DNA from: Bacilli bacterium
GTDB taxonomy: Bacteria; Bacillota_I; Bacilli_A; RFN20; DUOF01
NCBI GenBank assembly: GCA_045128835.1
Contig: JBGVRX010000002.1
Coordinates: 44,145-108,144, forward strand
DNA: 64,000 nt
Direction: 5' to 3'
The position numbers and the translations under genes are program-made. A model generated the notes under the pieces. That model did no database searches and was not told the origin of the DNA. It saw nothing but the letters and a program-made list of their open reading frames with translations. This document shows, one piece after another, positions 1 through 9,863 of this stretch. How positions within the stretch are numbered: position 1 is the stretch's first letter; the number at the start of each line of letters is the position of its first letter.

Positions 1-3000
1 TTAGTGATTTTACTGTTGCTGTAAAAAATAGTGATGGTTATACTTCTATTAGAAATGTAGGAGACTATATAGTTGAAGTTGCAATTGATGATGTTGTATA
101 TAGCCAAGCGGGCACAATTAAAGTTACTAAGAAAACTTTAAAGACTACAGTTGATTGTGTTAGTTTCGTTTATAATGGTCAAAAACAACAACCAACATTT
201 GCAATTAGCGAATATGTTGAAGGTGATGATGTAAGCGTTGTTACTTCAACTGCTACATCAGTAAATGTAGGAGAAAATTATAGTGTTAGTGCAACTTTAG
301 TTGGTGAAGATGCTGTTAATTACAACTTAGAATTTACTACTCAAATTTATGAAATTGAAGCTCTGAAAGTTGAATTGGAAGTAAAACCTTATCGTTATTT
401 AAAACTATCAGAAGTAGGAGAAGATGTTTTCTTTGAATATACAATCAAAAATAACGGAAGTTTAAACCCAACTATTGTTTATGAAATAAGAAAAGGAAAC
501 GATGTAGTTGCAACTGTTAGTAATAATCAAGTTAGTGTAGAAGATGGTGCTACATATGGCGTAGGAGAATATAAGGTTTACGCGACTATAAAATCTCGAA
601 ATTATTATGTAGAGAAGTCAATTCCTTGCGACCTAGTAGTTGTTGAAGATAAAGATTATTATATAGTTGAAGTTACTTTTATTAAAGAAGATAAAGTAAT
701 TAGCGAAAGTATATATGATGGTAAAGAGATTTTAGTAAATGTTTCTGTTTCACTATTAGAAACTGGAGAAAGTGTTGAAAAATTTGAGTACGTCATTAAT
801 AATTCTAGTGATACTAAGATTATTAATAGAGGCACATATAAGGTTAGTGTTTCAGTAGATAATGTTACATATAATGATTATGCTCAAATTGTTGTAGCTG
901 CTAGAGAAATTGATTTTGTGTATGATTCAATTAGTTTCGTATATGATGGTAATTTTAAGCAACCAACATTATCTTTAGTAGGCTGTGTTTCGGGTGATGA
1001 TATTGCAGTTAGAGCCGTTAATAGCACTGTAAATGTAGGTGATTATACATTAAATGGAGCACTAGTAGGAACTAGTATTTCAAACTATGAGTTAGTTAGA
1101 GAAATAACTGTAGATTATTCTATAACTAAAGCTAAATTAGAAGTTACAATAGATAAAGTTTCTTCAGTATTTGGAAATGATGAAAATATATTAACGTTCA
1201 CATATAAAGGTAATGTTTCTAGTAAAGATAATATATATAACTTTATTTCGTTAGAAAAAGAAGATGGAAGTGAAGCTGGTTATTATGATGTTACTGGAAC
1301 TAATTCTAATAGCAACTATGAAGTTACTTTTATTGGTGAAGAAGATGCATATGAAATTAGTAAACGTCCATTAACTATTGATATTAGTAAGATTACAATT
1401 ACTTATGGTGAAGCTCATCAACCATTAACTTCTAGATTAATTGTTGGCACTCTTGTAGGTGATGATAAATATGATGATATCGTAAGAATTTATAGAGATG
1501 AAGGAAATAATGCTGGTGTATATACAATTTATTTTGAAAATAAATCAAACAATTATGATATTCAAGAGATAACATCTACTTATACAATACTTCCTAGAAA
1601 AATAGAGGTTGCTATAAGTGACGCCACTAGTGTATATGGTGATGCATATGAAGAGATTAAAGTTGATTTAATAAGTGGAACATTAGCAAGTGGAGAAACT
1701 TTAGATGACGTATTTGAAGTTTATTGCCCGTTAGAAAGAAAAGTAGGTATATATGAAATAGTTGCTAGAGAATTAGGTAATGTAAACTATGAATTAACTG
1801 CAAGATATTCAAATGAAAACTATTCAATTTATGAGATTACAAAAAGACCTATAACAATTGCCGCGGATGATGTTAAAGTTGATAGTGATACAACATGGAG
1901 CCAATTAGAGCCGCTTATAAGATATGAGATTCTTTCAGGAGATATTTCAGAAAATGATAATTTAAATATCGAATTAAGTATAGAAATGCAATCTGGAATA
2001 ACTTTAACTGAACAAAACTATGACACTGTTTTCGGTGGTGGTACTCATACTATAAAAGTTAAAGCTTCTAATAGTAATTACAATATGAATATTATTTATG
2101 GTAAATTAGTAGTTACAAAATGTATGGTCTCGATTCAAGGTATTGTAACAAGTTATGTTTATGATGAAAGTTTAAATGTTGTGCCTTTTAATTGGAGAGA
2201 AAACATTGTTAATTACAATATGAGTGCTAATGATAATAGTTTTGAATATGTTTTAACAATGCTTGATGTAACAACTGGTGAATATGTTCAAGTTGAAACA
2301 GTTTCTGGTGCGGGAGACTATATTTTACAAATAAATATCGTTTATACTCATGCATATGAATTCGAAAAAGGAACAAAGTCAACATACAATATTTTTGTGG
2401 ATAAAAAGGATATTAGTGATCAAATAACTATTTATAATATTCCTAGTAATAATAGTTCTAAATATAATACTTTAGGCTTCTTGCCAGGAGCAGAACTTCC
2501 TTCTGATTATCAATATGTATTCTTTAATGAAAGTTTACTTTGTGATGAGGAAGAAGTTGAAATGGCACTTAACGCAGGTAACTATGTATATAATGTTGTT
2601 ATTGATAATCTTAATTATAAAGGAAGTAAAACAGTAGAATTTGAAATAACTAAGGTTGATATTTCTGAAAACATCAGTTTCAATAAGTCCGTTAATGAAG
2701 TTGTAATTGCTACTGAAATTAATAGTGTAGTTGCTAGCGTTGAAGAATATGATGTAGATATAAATTATGTTTATTATAAAGTTGAAGGTAGTAACTTAGT
2801 TGAAGTTAATGAAGTTGTTTCGGGAACATATCTTGTTAAAACTATTATAAGTAATAGAAACTATTGCGGTTATAAAACACTACAAATAGAGGTAATTACT
2901 TCAGTTTCAGGTAAAATAGATGAAATTAAGAATTTAACTGCATTATTTGAAGAAACAGAAAATGAGGAAGAAAAGGCTGTTTTAATAGAGCAAATGACGG

Positions 3001-3254
3001 CACTGTTAAATAGTCTAACGCAATCTGATTTAGAGCAAATTCAAGCCAATTCAACATATCAAGAAGCAATCTTACAATGGGAAACTAAACATGAAAATTA
3101 TGTTGCAAGATTAGATGAATTAGAAAAAGAATTAGCAAGAAAAGATGCAATCGTGCTATGGACAATTATTGCTTCTTCAATAGTTGTTGTAGGGACAATA
3201 ATTACTATGAGTATAATATTAGTTAAAAGGAAAAATAAAAAGACATTAGCTTAA
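1..3254 (+). CDS. C-terminal part of a very large repetitive cell-surface protein; the frame is open from the window start. Repeated ~70-80 aa MBG/YDG-like modules and a C-terminal TM anchor.
   Basis: Frame 3 is open from nt 3. Recurrent motifs (FVYDG..KQP, VGDY, NYE(L/V)T) recur. The C-terminus IVLWTIIASSIVVVGTIITMSIILVKRKNKK is a hydrophobic anchor followed by a basic tail. Confidence 0.6.
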   Translation, partial: SDFTVAVKNSDGYTSIRNVGDYIVEVAIDDVVYSQAGTIKVTKKTLKTTVDCVSFVYNGQKQQPTFAISEYVEGDDVSVVTSTATSVNVGENYSVSATLVGEDAVNYNLEFTTQIYEIEALKVELEVKPYRYLKLSEVGEDVFFEYTIKNNGSLNPTIVYEIRKGNDVVATVSNNQVSVEDGATYGVGEYKVYATIKSRNYYVEKSIPCDLVVVEDKDYYIVEVTFIKEDKVISESIYDGKEILVNVSVSLLETGESVEKFEYVINNSSDTKIINRGTYKVSVSVDNVTYNDYAQIVVAAREIDFVYDSISFVYDGNFKQPTLSLVGCVSGDDIAVRAVNSTVNVGDYTLNGALVGTSISNYELVREITVDYSITKAKLEVTIDKVSSVFGNDENILTFTYKGNVSSKDNIYNFISLEKEDGSEAGYYDVTGTNSNSNYEVTFIGEEDAYEISKRPLTIDISKITITYGEAHQPLTSRLIVGTLVGDDKYDDIVRIYRDEGNNAGVYTIYFENKSNNYDIQEITSTYTILPRKIEVAISDATSVYGDAYEEIKVDLISGTLASGETLDDVFEVYCPLERKVGIYEIVARELGNVNYELTARYSNENYSIYEITKRPITIAADDVKVDSDTTWSQLEPLIRYEILSGDISENDNLNIELSIEMQSGITLTEQNYDTVFGGGTHTIKVKASNSNYNMNIIYGKLVVTKCMVSIQGIVTSYVYDESLNVVPFNWRENIVNYNMSANDNSFEYVLTMLDVTTGEYVQVETVSGAGDYILQINIVYTHAYEFEKGTKSTYNIFVDKKDISDQITIYNIPSNNSSKYNTLGFLPGAELPSDYQYVFFNESLLCDEEEVEMALNAGNYVYNVVIDNLNYKGSKTVEFEITKVDISENISFNKSVNEVVIATEINSVVASVEEYDVDINYVYYKVEGSNLVEVNEVVSGTYLVKTIISNRNYCGYKTLQIEVITSVSGKIDEIKNLTALFEETENEEEKAVLIEQMTALLNSLTQSDLEQIQANSTYQEAILQWETKHENYVARLDELEKELARKDAIVLWTIIASSIVVVGTIITMSIILVKRKNKKTLA

Positions 3255-3275
3255 ATGCTTAATGTCTTTTTTTTG
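3240..3275. terminator. Bidirectional intrinsic terminator between convergent genes
   Basis: The aagacatta / taatgtctt stem is followed by a T8 run. An A-run lies upstream, which gives a T-run for the minus strand. Confidence 0.5.
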
Positions 3276-4685
3276 CCCTCTACAATAAACTTTTTCGGAT
3301 AATATTAATAATGCTGAATACAAGAATCCTGGACCAAAATTATGGAAGTGACAGTCAAATAAAGAAAGAAGAACAAATCCTAATAATGTTATTGCAATAA
3401 TCATGTTTCCTAGATTTTTGTTTTTCCATAGCATTTTTAGTGTTTGGAACCTATGGAATAAATATGCAAGTATACCTATAATTCCGCAACATGCTAAAAT
3501 TTGAACATAAGTGTTGTGGTATCTTGGTGGTAAAAAGTCCCCCGTTTGATAAGTAACACCCCAACGATAAGCATCGCATTCATAGAAGCCTTTACCAAAA
3601 ATAGGAGATTCTTTAAATTGTTTTAAACCGTTTTCGTATATTTCTATTCTTCCACTGTCATCTGTTCCTGCCTTATAAACTGAAGCAAAGATGTCTTGTA
3701 TTTTTTCTTTAAATACAATAAAGCCTCCAACTAAACATAAAAATAAGAAGGCGAATAAACCTAGATTTTTAATTTTCTCTTTACCGGTGCTTTTTATTAG
3801 AGTTAATAAAGCGCAAATTGCATATATAATAGATCCCATAAGCATACCGTTTCTACTTTGATTAAAGATTAAGAAAACTAGGAATACAGTACCTATTAAA
3901 GAGTAAATCCATCCATTTTTCTTAGTACAAGCAAAATAGAATGGTGCAGGTATACAGAAAATCATTGCTGAAGCTACATTATTATAATGTCCCCATCCGG
4001 TATAAAGGTTACTTCTACTGAATGCTCCATCAGTGACGAATAAACCAGCATCAATAAGCATATATAGTATTTCGATACACATTAGTACTCCAATAAGAGT
4101 AAATAGGAGAGGAAAGTAGTTTTCACTAACTCTTTTCCAATTAACTGTATAGTAGAAACAGAAGTAAGTAAATCCTAAAGCAAGAATTTGTATTAAACCG
4201 AATATTGCCGTTTGTAAACTATAACTTGATGAGAACAGTCCTCCAAGAATATAAGCTAATCCTAAAGCAAAGAATCCATAAAATAGTTTAGGTACTTTTC
4301 TTTTTTCTTTATCCGTGATTAGTTCAAATGTTACTCTTGATAAGATAAATATGAATATTGTGATTCCTATTATTATCATATGTGTTATTGCACTTTGTTC
4401 TAAGAAAATTGAAGTTTGTTCTTTTGATAAAGGATTATTACTTTTTGAAAATGTCATGTAACTACAACAAGACATTGGGAAAGCACATAATAAATCATCA
4501 CAAAATAAACACGCTAAGGTAATCATTAAAGTGTACATGTAATAAACTGGTATTTCTAAGCCAAAAACATTAGAAATAGCAGCTAAACCTATAATTAAAA
4601 CCATTGCCCAAACTGAATCTAAGCATTTTCTAATTATTTTTATTAAAGGGTTTTCTAATAATTTAGGATACAATTTTACTAACAT
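3246..4685 (-). CDS. Polytopic integral membrane protein (>=10 TM), possibly O-antigen ligase/polymerase (Wzy_C-like)
   Basis: 479 aa, highly hydrophobic multi-TM. An NQSRNG motif resembles the Wzy_C loop. No closer identification is possible. Confidence 0.4.
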   Translation of the reverse strand: MLVKLYPKLLENPLIKIIRKCLDSVWAMVLIIGLAAISNVFGLEIPVYYMYTLMITLACLFCDDLLCAFPMSCCSYMTFSKSNNPLSKEQTSIFLEQSAITHMIIIGITIFIFILSRVTFELITDKEKRKVPKLFYGFFALGLAYILGGLFSSSYSLQTAIFGLIQILALGFTYFCFYYTVNWKRVSENYFPLLFTLIGVLMCIEILYMLIDAGLFVTDGAFSRSNLYTGWGHYNNVASAMIFCIPAPFYFACTKKNGWIYSLIGTVFLVFLIFNQSRNGMLMGSIIYAICALLTLIKSTGKEKIKNLGLFAFLFLCLVGGFIVFKEKIQDIFASVYKAGTDDSGRIEIYENGLKQFKESPIFGKGFYECDAYRWGVTYQTGDFLPPRYHNTYVQILACCGIIGILAYLFHRFQTLKMLWKNKNLGNMIIAITLLGFVLLSLFDCHFHNFGPGFLYSALLILSEKVYCRGQKKDIKHLS

Positions 4686-4800
4686 GTTTTACTCTACCTC
4701 AATTTCTTTGTTTTATATATTATTGCAAGTGCAATAAAAAGTTTCAATTGAAATGCGTTTTTTTCTGTGATAGAATAAAAGCGTACATGGAGGATGGCAC

Positions 4801-5361
4801 ATGAAACTAAAATATAAAAACGCGTTAGGTATAATGTACCAAGGAGAACCAACTTTAACAAAGGTTATCCAAAAATTTGTGGATGAATTTCCAGAAGCAT
4901 TCCAAAGAAAAATTAATTTAGGAAGGGAAAACGGAATTACTTCAAAAGAAGGAAAGAGATATGAATTCGAAGAATCAGGAAATGAATTCAGTGTATCTTT
5001 AGGAAGCAGTACTAATTGTAGTAAAGAGTACATAAATTTATGGCTAAAAGGTATTAGTAATGATGATATGACTTGCTGGCCTAGATTTGAAGGTGAAAGA
5101 CTAATTGGATATATAACTATGTATTTGTATCCAACAGAAGGTAGAGGAAAACCTTTAATCGTTAGTTATGATTATTATGTAAAAAAAATAGATAAAAAAG
5201 TTATGTTAACAATAACTACTAATGTTAACTCAGAAAATAAAGATAATGGAGATAGATTAGAAGCATATGGATTGCTTGGTGTACAACAAGATGTTATAAA
5301 TGGATATTATCAAGTTGATACAAATCAAATCTTAGCTGATAATAGAACAGGTTCTAGGTAA
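4801..5361 (+). CDS. hypothetical protein
   Basis: 186-aa ORF with coding-like composition; an RBS-like ggaggatg lies upstream. Confidence 0.4.
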   Translation: MKLKYKNALGIMYQGEPTLTKVIQKFVDEFPEAFQRKINLGRENGITSKEGKRYEFEESGNEFSVSLGSSTNCSKEYINLWLKGISNDDMTCWPRFEGERLIGYITMYLYPTEGRGKPLIVSYDYYVKKIDKKVMLTITTNVNSENKDNGDRLEAYGLLGVQQDVINGYYQVDTNQILADNRTGSR

Positions 5362-5396
5362 CACTAGAACTTTTTTATAAAAAACCAATTTACTAC

Positions 5397-5425
5397 TTGA
5401 AATAGTAAAAGTTATTTGGTATTAT
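5397..5425 (+). promoter_or_regulatory. sigma-A type promoter for rplS (-35 TTGAAA, 17 nt spacer, -10 TATTAT)
   Basis: ttgaaa-N17-tattat lies ~75 nt upstream of the rplS start. The intervening leader contains a GC-rich segment gctgcaggtggtccgctcac. Confidence 0.45.
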
Positions 5426-5502
5426 ATACGAGCATTATGCTGCAGGTGGTCCGCTCACATAGTTTGATGAACACTTAAGATACGAAAAAGGAGGATGTCG
5501 CT

Positions 5503-5853
5503 ATGAACATGAATTTAGTAAACGAAATTACAGCTACTCAACTTAGAAAAGATATCCCTGAATTCAGATCAGGAGATACAGTTAAGGTTCATGTTAGAAT
5601 TACTGAAGGAGAAAAATCTCGTATTCAAATTTACGAAGGTTTAGTAATCTCTGTAAAAGGCGGAGGCGTTTCAAAAACTTTCACAGTTAGAAAGATTTCA
5701 GGAAGCCAAGTTGGAGTTGAAAGAACATTTATGTTTAACTCACCAGTAATTGCTAAATTAGATGTAGTAAGAAGAGGTAAAGTACGTCGTAATAAAATCA
5801 ATTACATTCGTAACTTATCTGGTAAAGCCGCTAGAATTAAAGAAGCTAACTAA
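5503..5853 (+). CDS. rplS: 50S ribosomal protein L19
   Basis: Conserved L19 sequence (VHVRI.EGEK.RIQ.YEG.VI); RBS aaggagg. Confidence 0.95.
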   Translation: MNMNLVNEITATQLRKDIPEFRSGDTVKVHVRITEGEKSRIQIYEGLVISVKGGGVSKTFTVRKISGSQVGVERTFMFNSPVIAKLDVVRRGKVRRNKINYIRNLSGKAARIKEAN

Positions 5854-5863
5854 TAAGAAGAAA

Positions 5864-5890
5864 AAGGAATTAAGCATTCCTTTTTTTTTA
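5864..5890 (+). terminator. rho-independent terminator after rplS
   Basis: aaggaat-taagc-attcctt hairpin followed by a T9 run. Confidence 0.6.
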
Positions 5891-5909
5891 TATAAATTAT
5901 ATAATTAAT

Positions 5910-6494
5910 ATGGGTGATAATATGACGGAAAAAGAAAATGAAATTACCGTTAAACTTAAATGGGGATTAGATGAAACTAAACTTAATTTTGTTAATAAAG
6001 GTGTTAGATTAATTACTAGTTTTGTTTTAAATGATACTTATTTAGTTAAGAATGATGCTGATATAAATAAAGACTCCAATTTACAAATATTATCACAAGC
6101 AATTATTTTAAGAGAAGTTGAGAGTTCTCAACCTGAAAAAGTATTAATCTATAAAGATAAAAAGCATGATGAAAAAGGAAATATAATAGAGTGTAAAAAA
6201 TATTCGTGCCCTATAGTTGATATGGATAAAACCCATGATTTGTTTGAGGCTATTGGTTATAAAGAATGTTTTACTGTGGAGCAAGAATGCTTGGAGTACG
6301 AAATGAATGGAACAAATATATTTCTTGAATACATTCCTGATATTGGATTATTCTTAGAATTAGAGAACAATAATAAGAGTGTGGATGAATTAGTGTGTAT
6401 GTTAGATGAGTTTGGTATAGCATATTATGAAGATGATTATTTTGTAAAAAAGGCTAGTTTAATGCTAGATGAAATAAGAAAACAAAGAAGGTAA
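5910..6494 (+). CDS. CYTH-domain protein (class IV adenylate cyclase / triphosphate tunnel metalloenzyme-like)
   Basis: N-terminal EIxxKLK motif and C-terminal acidic beta-strands (FLEYIPDIGLFLELE) typical of the CYTH/CyaB fold. Confidence 0.4.
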   Translation: MGDNMTEKENEITVKLKWGLDETKLNFVNKGVRLITSFVLNDTYLVKNDADINKDSNLQILSQAIILREVESSQPEKVLIYKDKKHDEKGNIIECKKYSCPIVDMDKTHDLFEAIGYKECFTVEQECLEYEMNGTNIFLEYIPDIGLFLELENNNKSVDELVCMLDEFGIAYYEDDYFVKKASLMLDEIRKQRR

Positions 6495-6498
6495 GAAT

Positions 6499-7179
6499 AT
6501 GAAAAATAAAAAAGTTGAAGAAGTAAAAACTGAAGAAAAAAAAGAACCAGTTGTAGAAACAAAAGTTGAAGAAGAAACTAATCCAGTAAAAGCGTTTTAT
6601 AAGAAACATAAAAGTAAATTTAATTTTGCTTATATGATTATTATATGTTTGATAGTGGCTAAACTTTTAACTTCTTTTGTGTTTATTAGTGTTATGGTTG
6701 ATGGCTCTTCAATGTCACCAACTTTAACAAATGGAGATAAGGCAATAACAGATGGATTATTTTATAAAATTGGTGGTATCGATCGTTTTGATATCGTTAT
6801 TTTTGAAGAGAAAGGTTATGAAGAAAGATTGGTAAAAAGAGTTATCGGATTGCCGGGAGAAACTGTTAGATTTGAAAAAGGTGTTCTTTATATTAATGGA
6901 GAAAAAGTGGATCAAGATTTTATTCCTGAAGAATTAGCTGCTCAAACTGATACTCCTTACTATAATGATACGTTTGAATGTACTTTAAAAGATGATGAGT
7001 ATTATGTTGTAGGAGATAATAGAGTTCATGGTAAATCAGCAGATTCTAGATATTTTGGGCCTATTAAAAAGAGTCAAATTAAAGGTGTAGGGTTATTAAA
7101 ATTTGCAACTTGTAAATCTGTTAGTGAAAGTGGCGCATGTAAAGGCTTAAAGCTAATTTGGCCAACAACAGTAAAATAA
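6499..7179 (+). CDS. lepB: signal peptidase I
   Basis: An N-terminal TM segment precedes the S26 catalytic boxes VDGSSMSPTL and GDNRxxSxDSR (GDNRVHGKSADSRYFG). Confidence 0.85.
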   Translation: MKNKKVEEVKTEEKKEPVVETKVEEETNPVKAFYKKHKSKFNFAYMIIICLIVAKLLTSFVFISVMVDGSSMSPTLTNGDKAITDGLFYKIGGIDRFDIVIFEEKGYEERLVKRVIGLPGETVRFEKGVLYINGEKVDQDFIPEELAAQTDTPYYNDTFECTLKDDEYYVVGDNRVHGKSADSRYFGPIKKSQIKGVGLLKFATCKSVSESGACKGLKLIWPTTVK

Positions 7180-7208
7180 GATAATTAAGTTTGAAAGAGG
7201 GTGGAAGA

Positions 7209-8060
7209 ATGAATGTACAATGGTTTCCAGGCCATATGGTTAAAGCGTTAAAGGAAATATATGAAAAGCAAAAAATGGTTGATATGATAATAGAAATCGT
7301 TGATTCTAGAGCCCCTTTATCAAGTAGAAATCCGGAATTAGTTAATATTCAAAAGCCTCGACTTATTATAATGAGTAAAAAAGATTATGCGGACCCTAAT
7401 ATTGTTAAGGAATGGATTAATCATTTTACTAATAATGAAGTTAAGGTTGTAGCACAAGATTTAGTGAATGGTTTTAATTTAAAAGAGATTGTTAATGCAT
7501 GTAATGAATTAATGAAACCTAAATTTGAAAGAGATGCTAAAAGAGGAATTAGAAACAGAACAGTTAGAGCAATGGTTGTAGGTATTCCTAATGTAGGTAA
7601 ATCCACTTTCATTAATAAGTTAGCTAAAAGAAAAGCTGCGAAAGCTGGTAATCAACCTGGTGTTACAAAATCACAACAATGGGTTAAGACAGAAAATATA
7701 GAATTATTAGATACTCCAGGCGTTTTATGGCCTAAGTTTGAAAGTAAGGACATAGGTATTAAATTAGCCCTAGTAGGTACTATAAAAGAAGAAATTTTAA
7801 ATTTAGATGAATTAGCGGTAATTTGTTATAAGTTTTTAGAAGAATATTATCCTAATGAATTAAGGAAAAGATATGAGTTGGAAGTAATTGATGATAATGT
7901 TTTTGAAAATATTTGTTCAAGAAGAAAACTTTTAAAAAGCAATGGGGAATATGATATTGATAAGGCAAAATATTTGTTATTAAAAGAATTTAAAGAAGGT
8001 ATTATTGGTAAAGTGTGTGTGGAAAGGCCAGGTGTAGATTATGGCATCTTTAGAGTATGA
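7209..8060 (+). CDS. rbgA: ribosome biogenesis GTPase A (YlqF/RbgA)
   Basis: Starts IQWFPGHM (circularly permuted GTPase). G-motifs GIPNVGKST and DTPG are present. RBS gagggtgg lies 6 nt upstream of the ATG at 7209; the track start 7191 is less likely. Confidence 0.85.
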   Translation: MNVQWFPGHMVKALKEIYEKQKMVDMIIEIVDSRAPLSSRNPELVNIQKPRLIIMSKKDYADPNIVKEWINHFTNNEVKVVAQDLVNGFNLKEIVNACNELMKPKFERDAKRGIRNRTVRAMVVGIPNVGKSTFINKLAKRKAAKAGNQPGVTKSQQWVKTENIELLDTPGVLWPKFESKDIGIKLALVGTIKEEILNLDELAVICYKFLEEYYPNELRKRYELEVIDDNVFENICSRRKLLKSNGEYDIDKAKYLLLKEFKEGIIGKVCVERPGVDYGIFRV

Positions 8061-8661
8061 GGACGAGTTTAGAAGAAAAGGTTATAAAAGAATATTAGGG
8101 ATTGATGAAGCAGGTAGAGGTCCTCTTGCTGGTCCTTTAGTAATTGCAGGAGTAGTTTTACCAGTAGGCTTTTATAATGAAGAAATAGATGATTCTAAAA
8201 AAGTAACTGATAGCAAAAGAAGAGAACTGTTTGATATAATAATGGCTAATGCTTTAGAAGTTAAGGTTAATGTTGTTGATGTTGAAACTATCGATAAATT
8301 AAATATTTTAAGAGCTACAAAAGAAGGAATGGAAGAAATCGTAAGATTAGTTGGAGATAATTGCGATGCTGTTTTTGTTGATGCAGTTAAATTAGATGGA
8401 ATTGATAAACCTGTGTTATCCTTAATTAAAGGTGATGCTTTATCTATGTCTATAGCAGCGGCCTCTATCATTGCTAAAGTAACTCGTGACGATATTATGA
8501 TTGAGTTAGATAAAGAATACCCTATGTATGATTTTAAAAATAATAAGGGATATGGAACAAAGAAACACTTATTAGCATTAGATGAATATGGGATTACAAA
8601 ACATCATCGTATGTCTTATGCCCCAGTATACAAAGCTAGTATGCCTAAATTGGATATTTAG
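8041..8661 (+). CDS. rnhB: ribonuclease HII
   Basis: GIDEAGRGPLAGPLVIAGV active-site motif. The rplS-ylqF-rnhB order matches Bacillus. Confidence 0.9.
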   Translation: MASLEYEDEFRRKGYKRILGIDEAGRGPLAGPLVIAGVVLPVGFYNEEIDDSKKVTDSKRRELFDIIMANALEVKVNVVDVETIDKLNILRATKEGMEEIVRLVGDNCDAVFVDAVKLDGIDKPVLSLIKGDALSMSIAAASIIAKVTRDDIMIELDKEYPMYDFKNNKGYGTKKHLLALDEYGITKHHRMSYAPVYKASMPKLDI

Positions 8662-9260
8662 TGGTGAGTTTTATGGCAGTGTTTTTTAAGTTTGATGCGG
8701 ATGGAATGATTTTAGTGGCAAGAACAAGATTTTCTTCAAAAATTGGTGAGAAAGAGTTTGAAAGAAAAGCTAAGATTATAGATGAAGAAAGATTTCTTTC
8801 TAAGTATCCAAAAGAAAGAGATATATTAAAAAAGCAGATAGAAAAATTGAAGTTTATTTATGAGAAACGTATTTCTAGAGTAGGTCTAGTTATGCAATAT
8901 TTATATACTGAAGGTATGTATCCATCTGGATGTTTTGTTGGGGACAGATATTTTCCTAGGGGTCACGAAGATGGAGCGGAAAAGACCAAGGCTATTGACT
9001 ATGGTTATTGCTTCTATAGTAAAAAGTTTATGGATGAGATTATTAAGAACAAATATATGTTTGAACCGCCAGAAGATTTTTATAAAAAAAGTATAGATGA
9101 TTGTTCTATATATAGTGGTTCTCATTTTTTTGCTGGAGAAGAAAGAATTACGGAAGAAGAGTATATGAAATATATGACAATAATTAAGGAATTAACGGGT
9201 ATAAGAGATGCGAGAAAACCGTTGGAGACAAGAACACCAAAAGTCAATATAAAAAGATAG
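8661..9260 (+). CDS. hypothetical protein (no recognisable domain; not the YraN nuclease fold)
   Basis: 199-aa ORF, start overlapping the rnhB stop. Confidence 0.4.
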   Translation: MVSFMAVFFKFDADGMILVARTRFSSKIGEKEFERKAKIIDEERFLSKYPKERDILKKQIEKLKFIYEKRISRVGLVMQYLYTEGMYPSGCFVGDRYFPRGHEDGAEKTKAIDYGYCFYSKKFMDEIIKNKYMFEPPEDFYKKSIDDCSIYSGSHFFAGEERITEEEYMKYMTIIKELTGIRDARKPLETRTPKVNIKR

Positions 9261-9292
9261 GCTTAAATGAATAATATAAAGTATAATAATAC

Positions 9293-9321
9293 TTGATAAA
9301 TCAAGTAATGCATGGTAAAAT
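9293..9321 (+). promoter_or_regulatory. Promoter of the rimP-nusA-ylxR-ylxQ-infB-rbfA operon (-35 TTGATA, 17 nt, extended TGgTAAAAT -10)
   Basis: ttgata-N17-taaaat, with a TGn extended -10. Confidence 0.5.
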
Positions 9322-9332
9322 ATTGGCGTTGA

Positions 9333-9360
9333 AGAGAGGGAAAACCCTCTCTTTGTTGTT
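9333..9360 (+). terminator. Leader hairpin/attenuator in the nusA operon leader (agagaggg-aaaa-ccctctct + TTGTTGTT)
   Basis: Perfect 8-bp GC-containing stem with a tetraloop, then a U-rich tract. It lies between the promoter and the rimP RBS. Confidence 0.5.
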
Positions 9361-9375
9361 AAATGGGGGGTTAAG

Positions 9376-9843
9376 ATGACATTAGAAGAGAAGCTAAAGA
9401 AGATTATTGAGCCGGTTTTAGAAGAGATGAACTTGATACTTTATGAGTTAAAGTATGAAAAAGAAGATAATGAAAATTATCTTAGAATTTTCTTGGAAAA
9501 AGAACATGATGTAATGGATTTAGATACATGTGTTGAAGCTAGCGAAAAAATATCTTTATTGTTAGATAAAGAAGATCCTATTCCATCAGAATATTACTTA
9601 GAGGTTGCTTCAAGTGGTAGAGAAAAATGCTTTAATGGTAAAGCGGACTACGAAGCTAATATCGATAAGTACATTTTAGTAGACACTAGTGAATTAGTTA
9701 ATGGATATGATGAACTTGTTGGATACTTGAAAGAAGTAACTGATGAAGGAATAAAATTAGAAATTAATCTTAAGGGTCGTATTAAGGTTGTTGACATCCC
9801 ATTTAAGATAATAGAAAAAGCTCATTTGACATATAAGATTTAA
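9376..9843 (+). CDS. rimP: ribosome maturation factor RimP
   Basis: Conserved N-terminus and position directly upstream of nusA. Confidence 0.85.
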   Translation: MTLEEKLKKIIEPVLEEMNLILYELKYEKEDNENYLRIFLEKEHDVMDLDTCVEASEKISLLLDKEDPIPSEYYLEVASSGREKCFNGKADYEANIDKYILVDTSELVNGYDELVGYLKEVTDEGIKLEINLKGRIKVVDIPFKIIEKAHLTYKI

Positions 9844-9863
9844 TAGGAGGAAATTAAGTAAAA

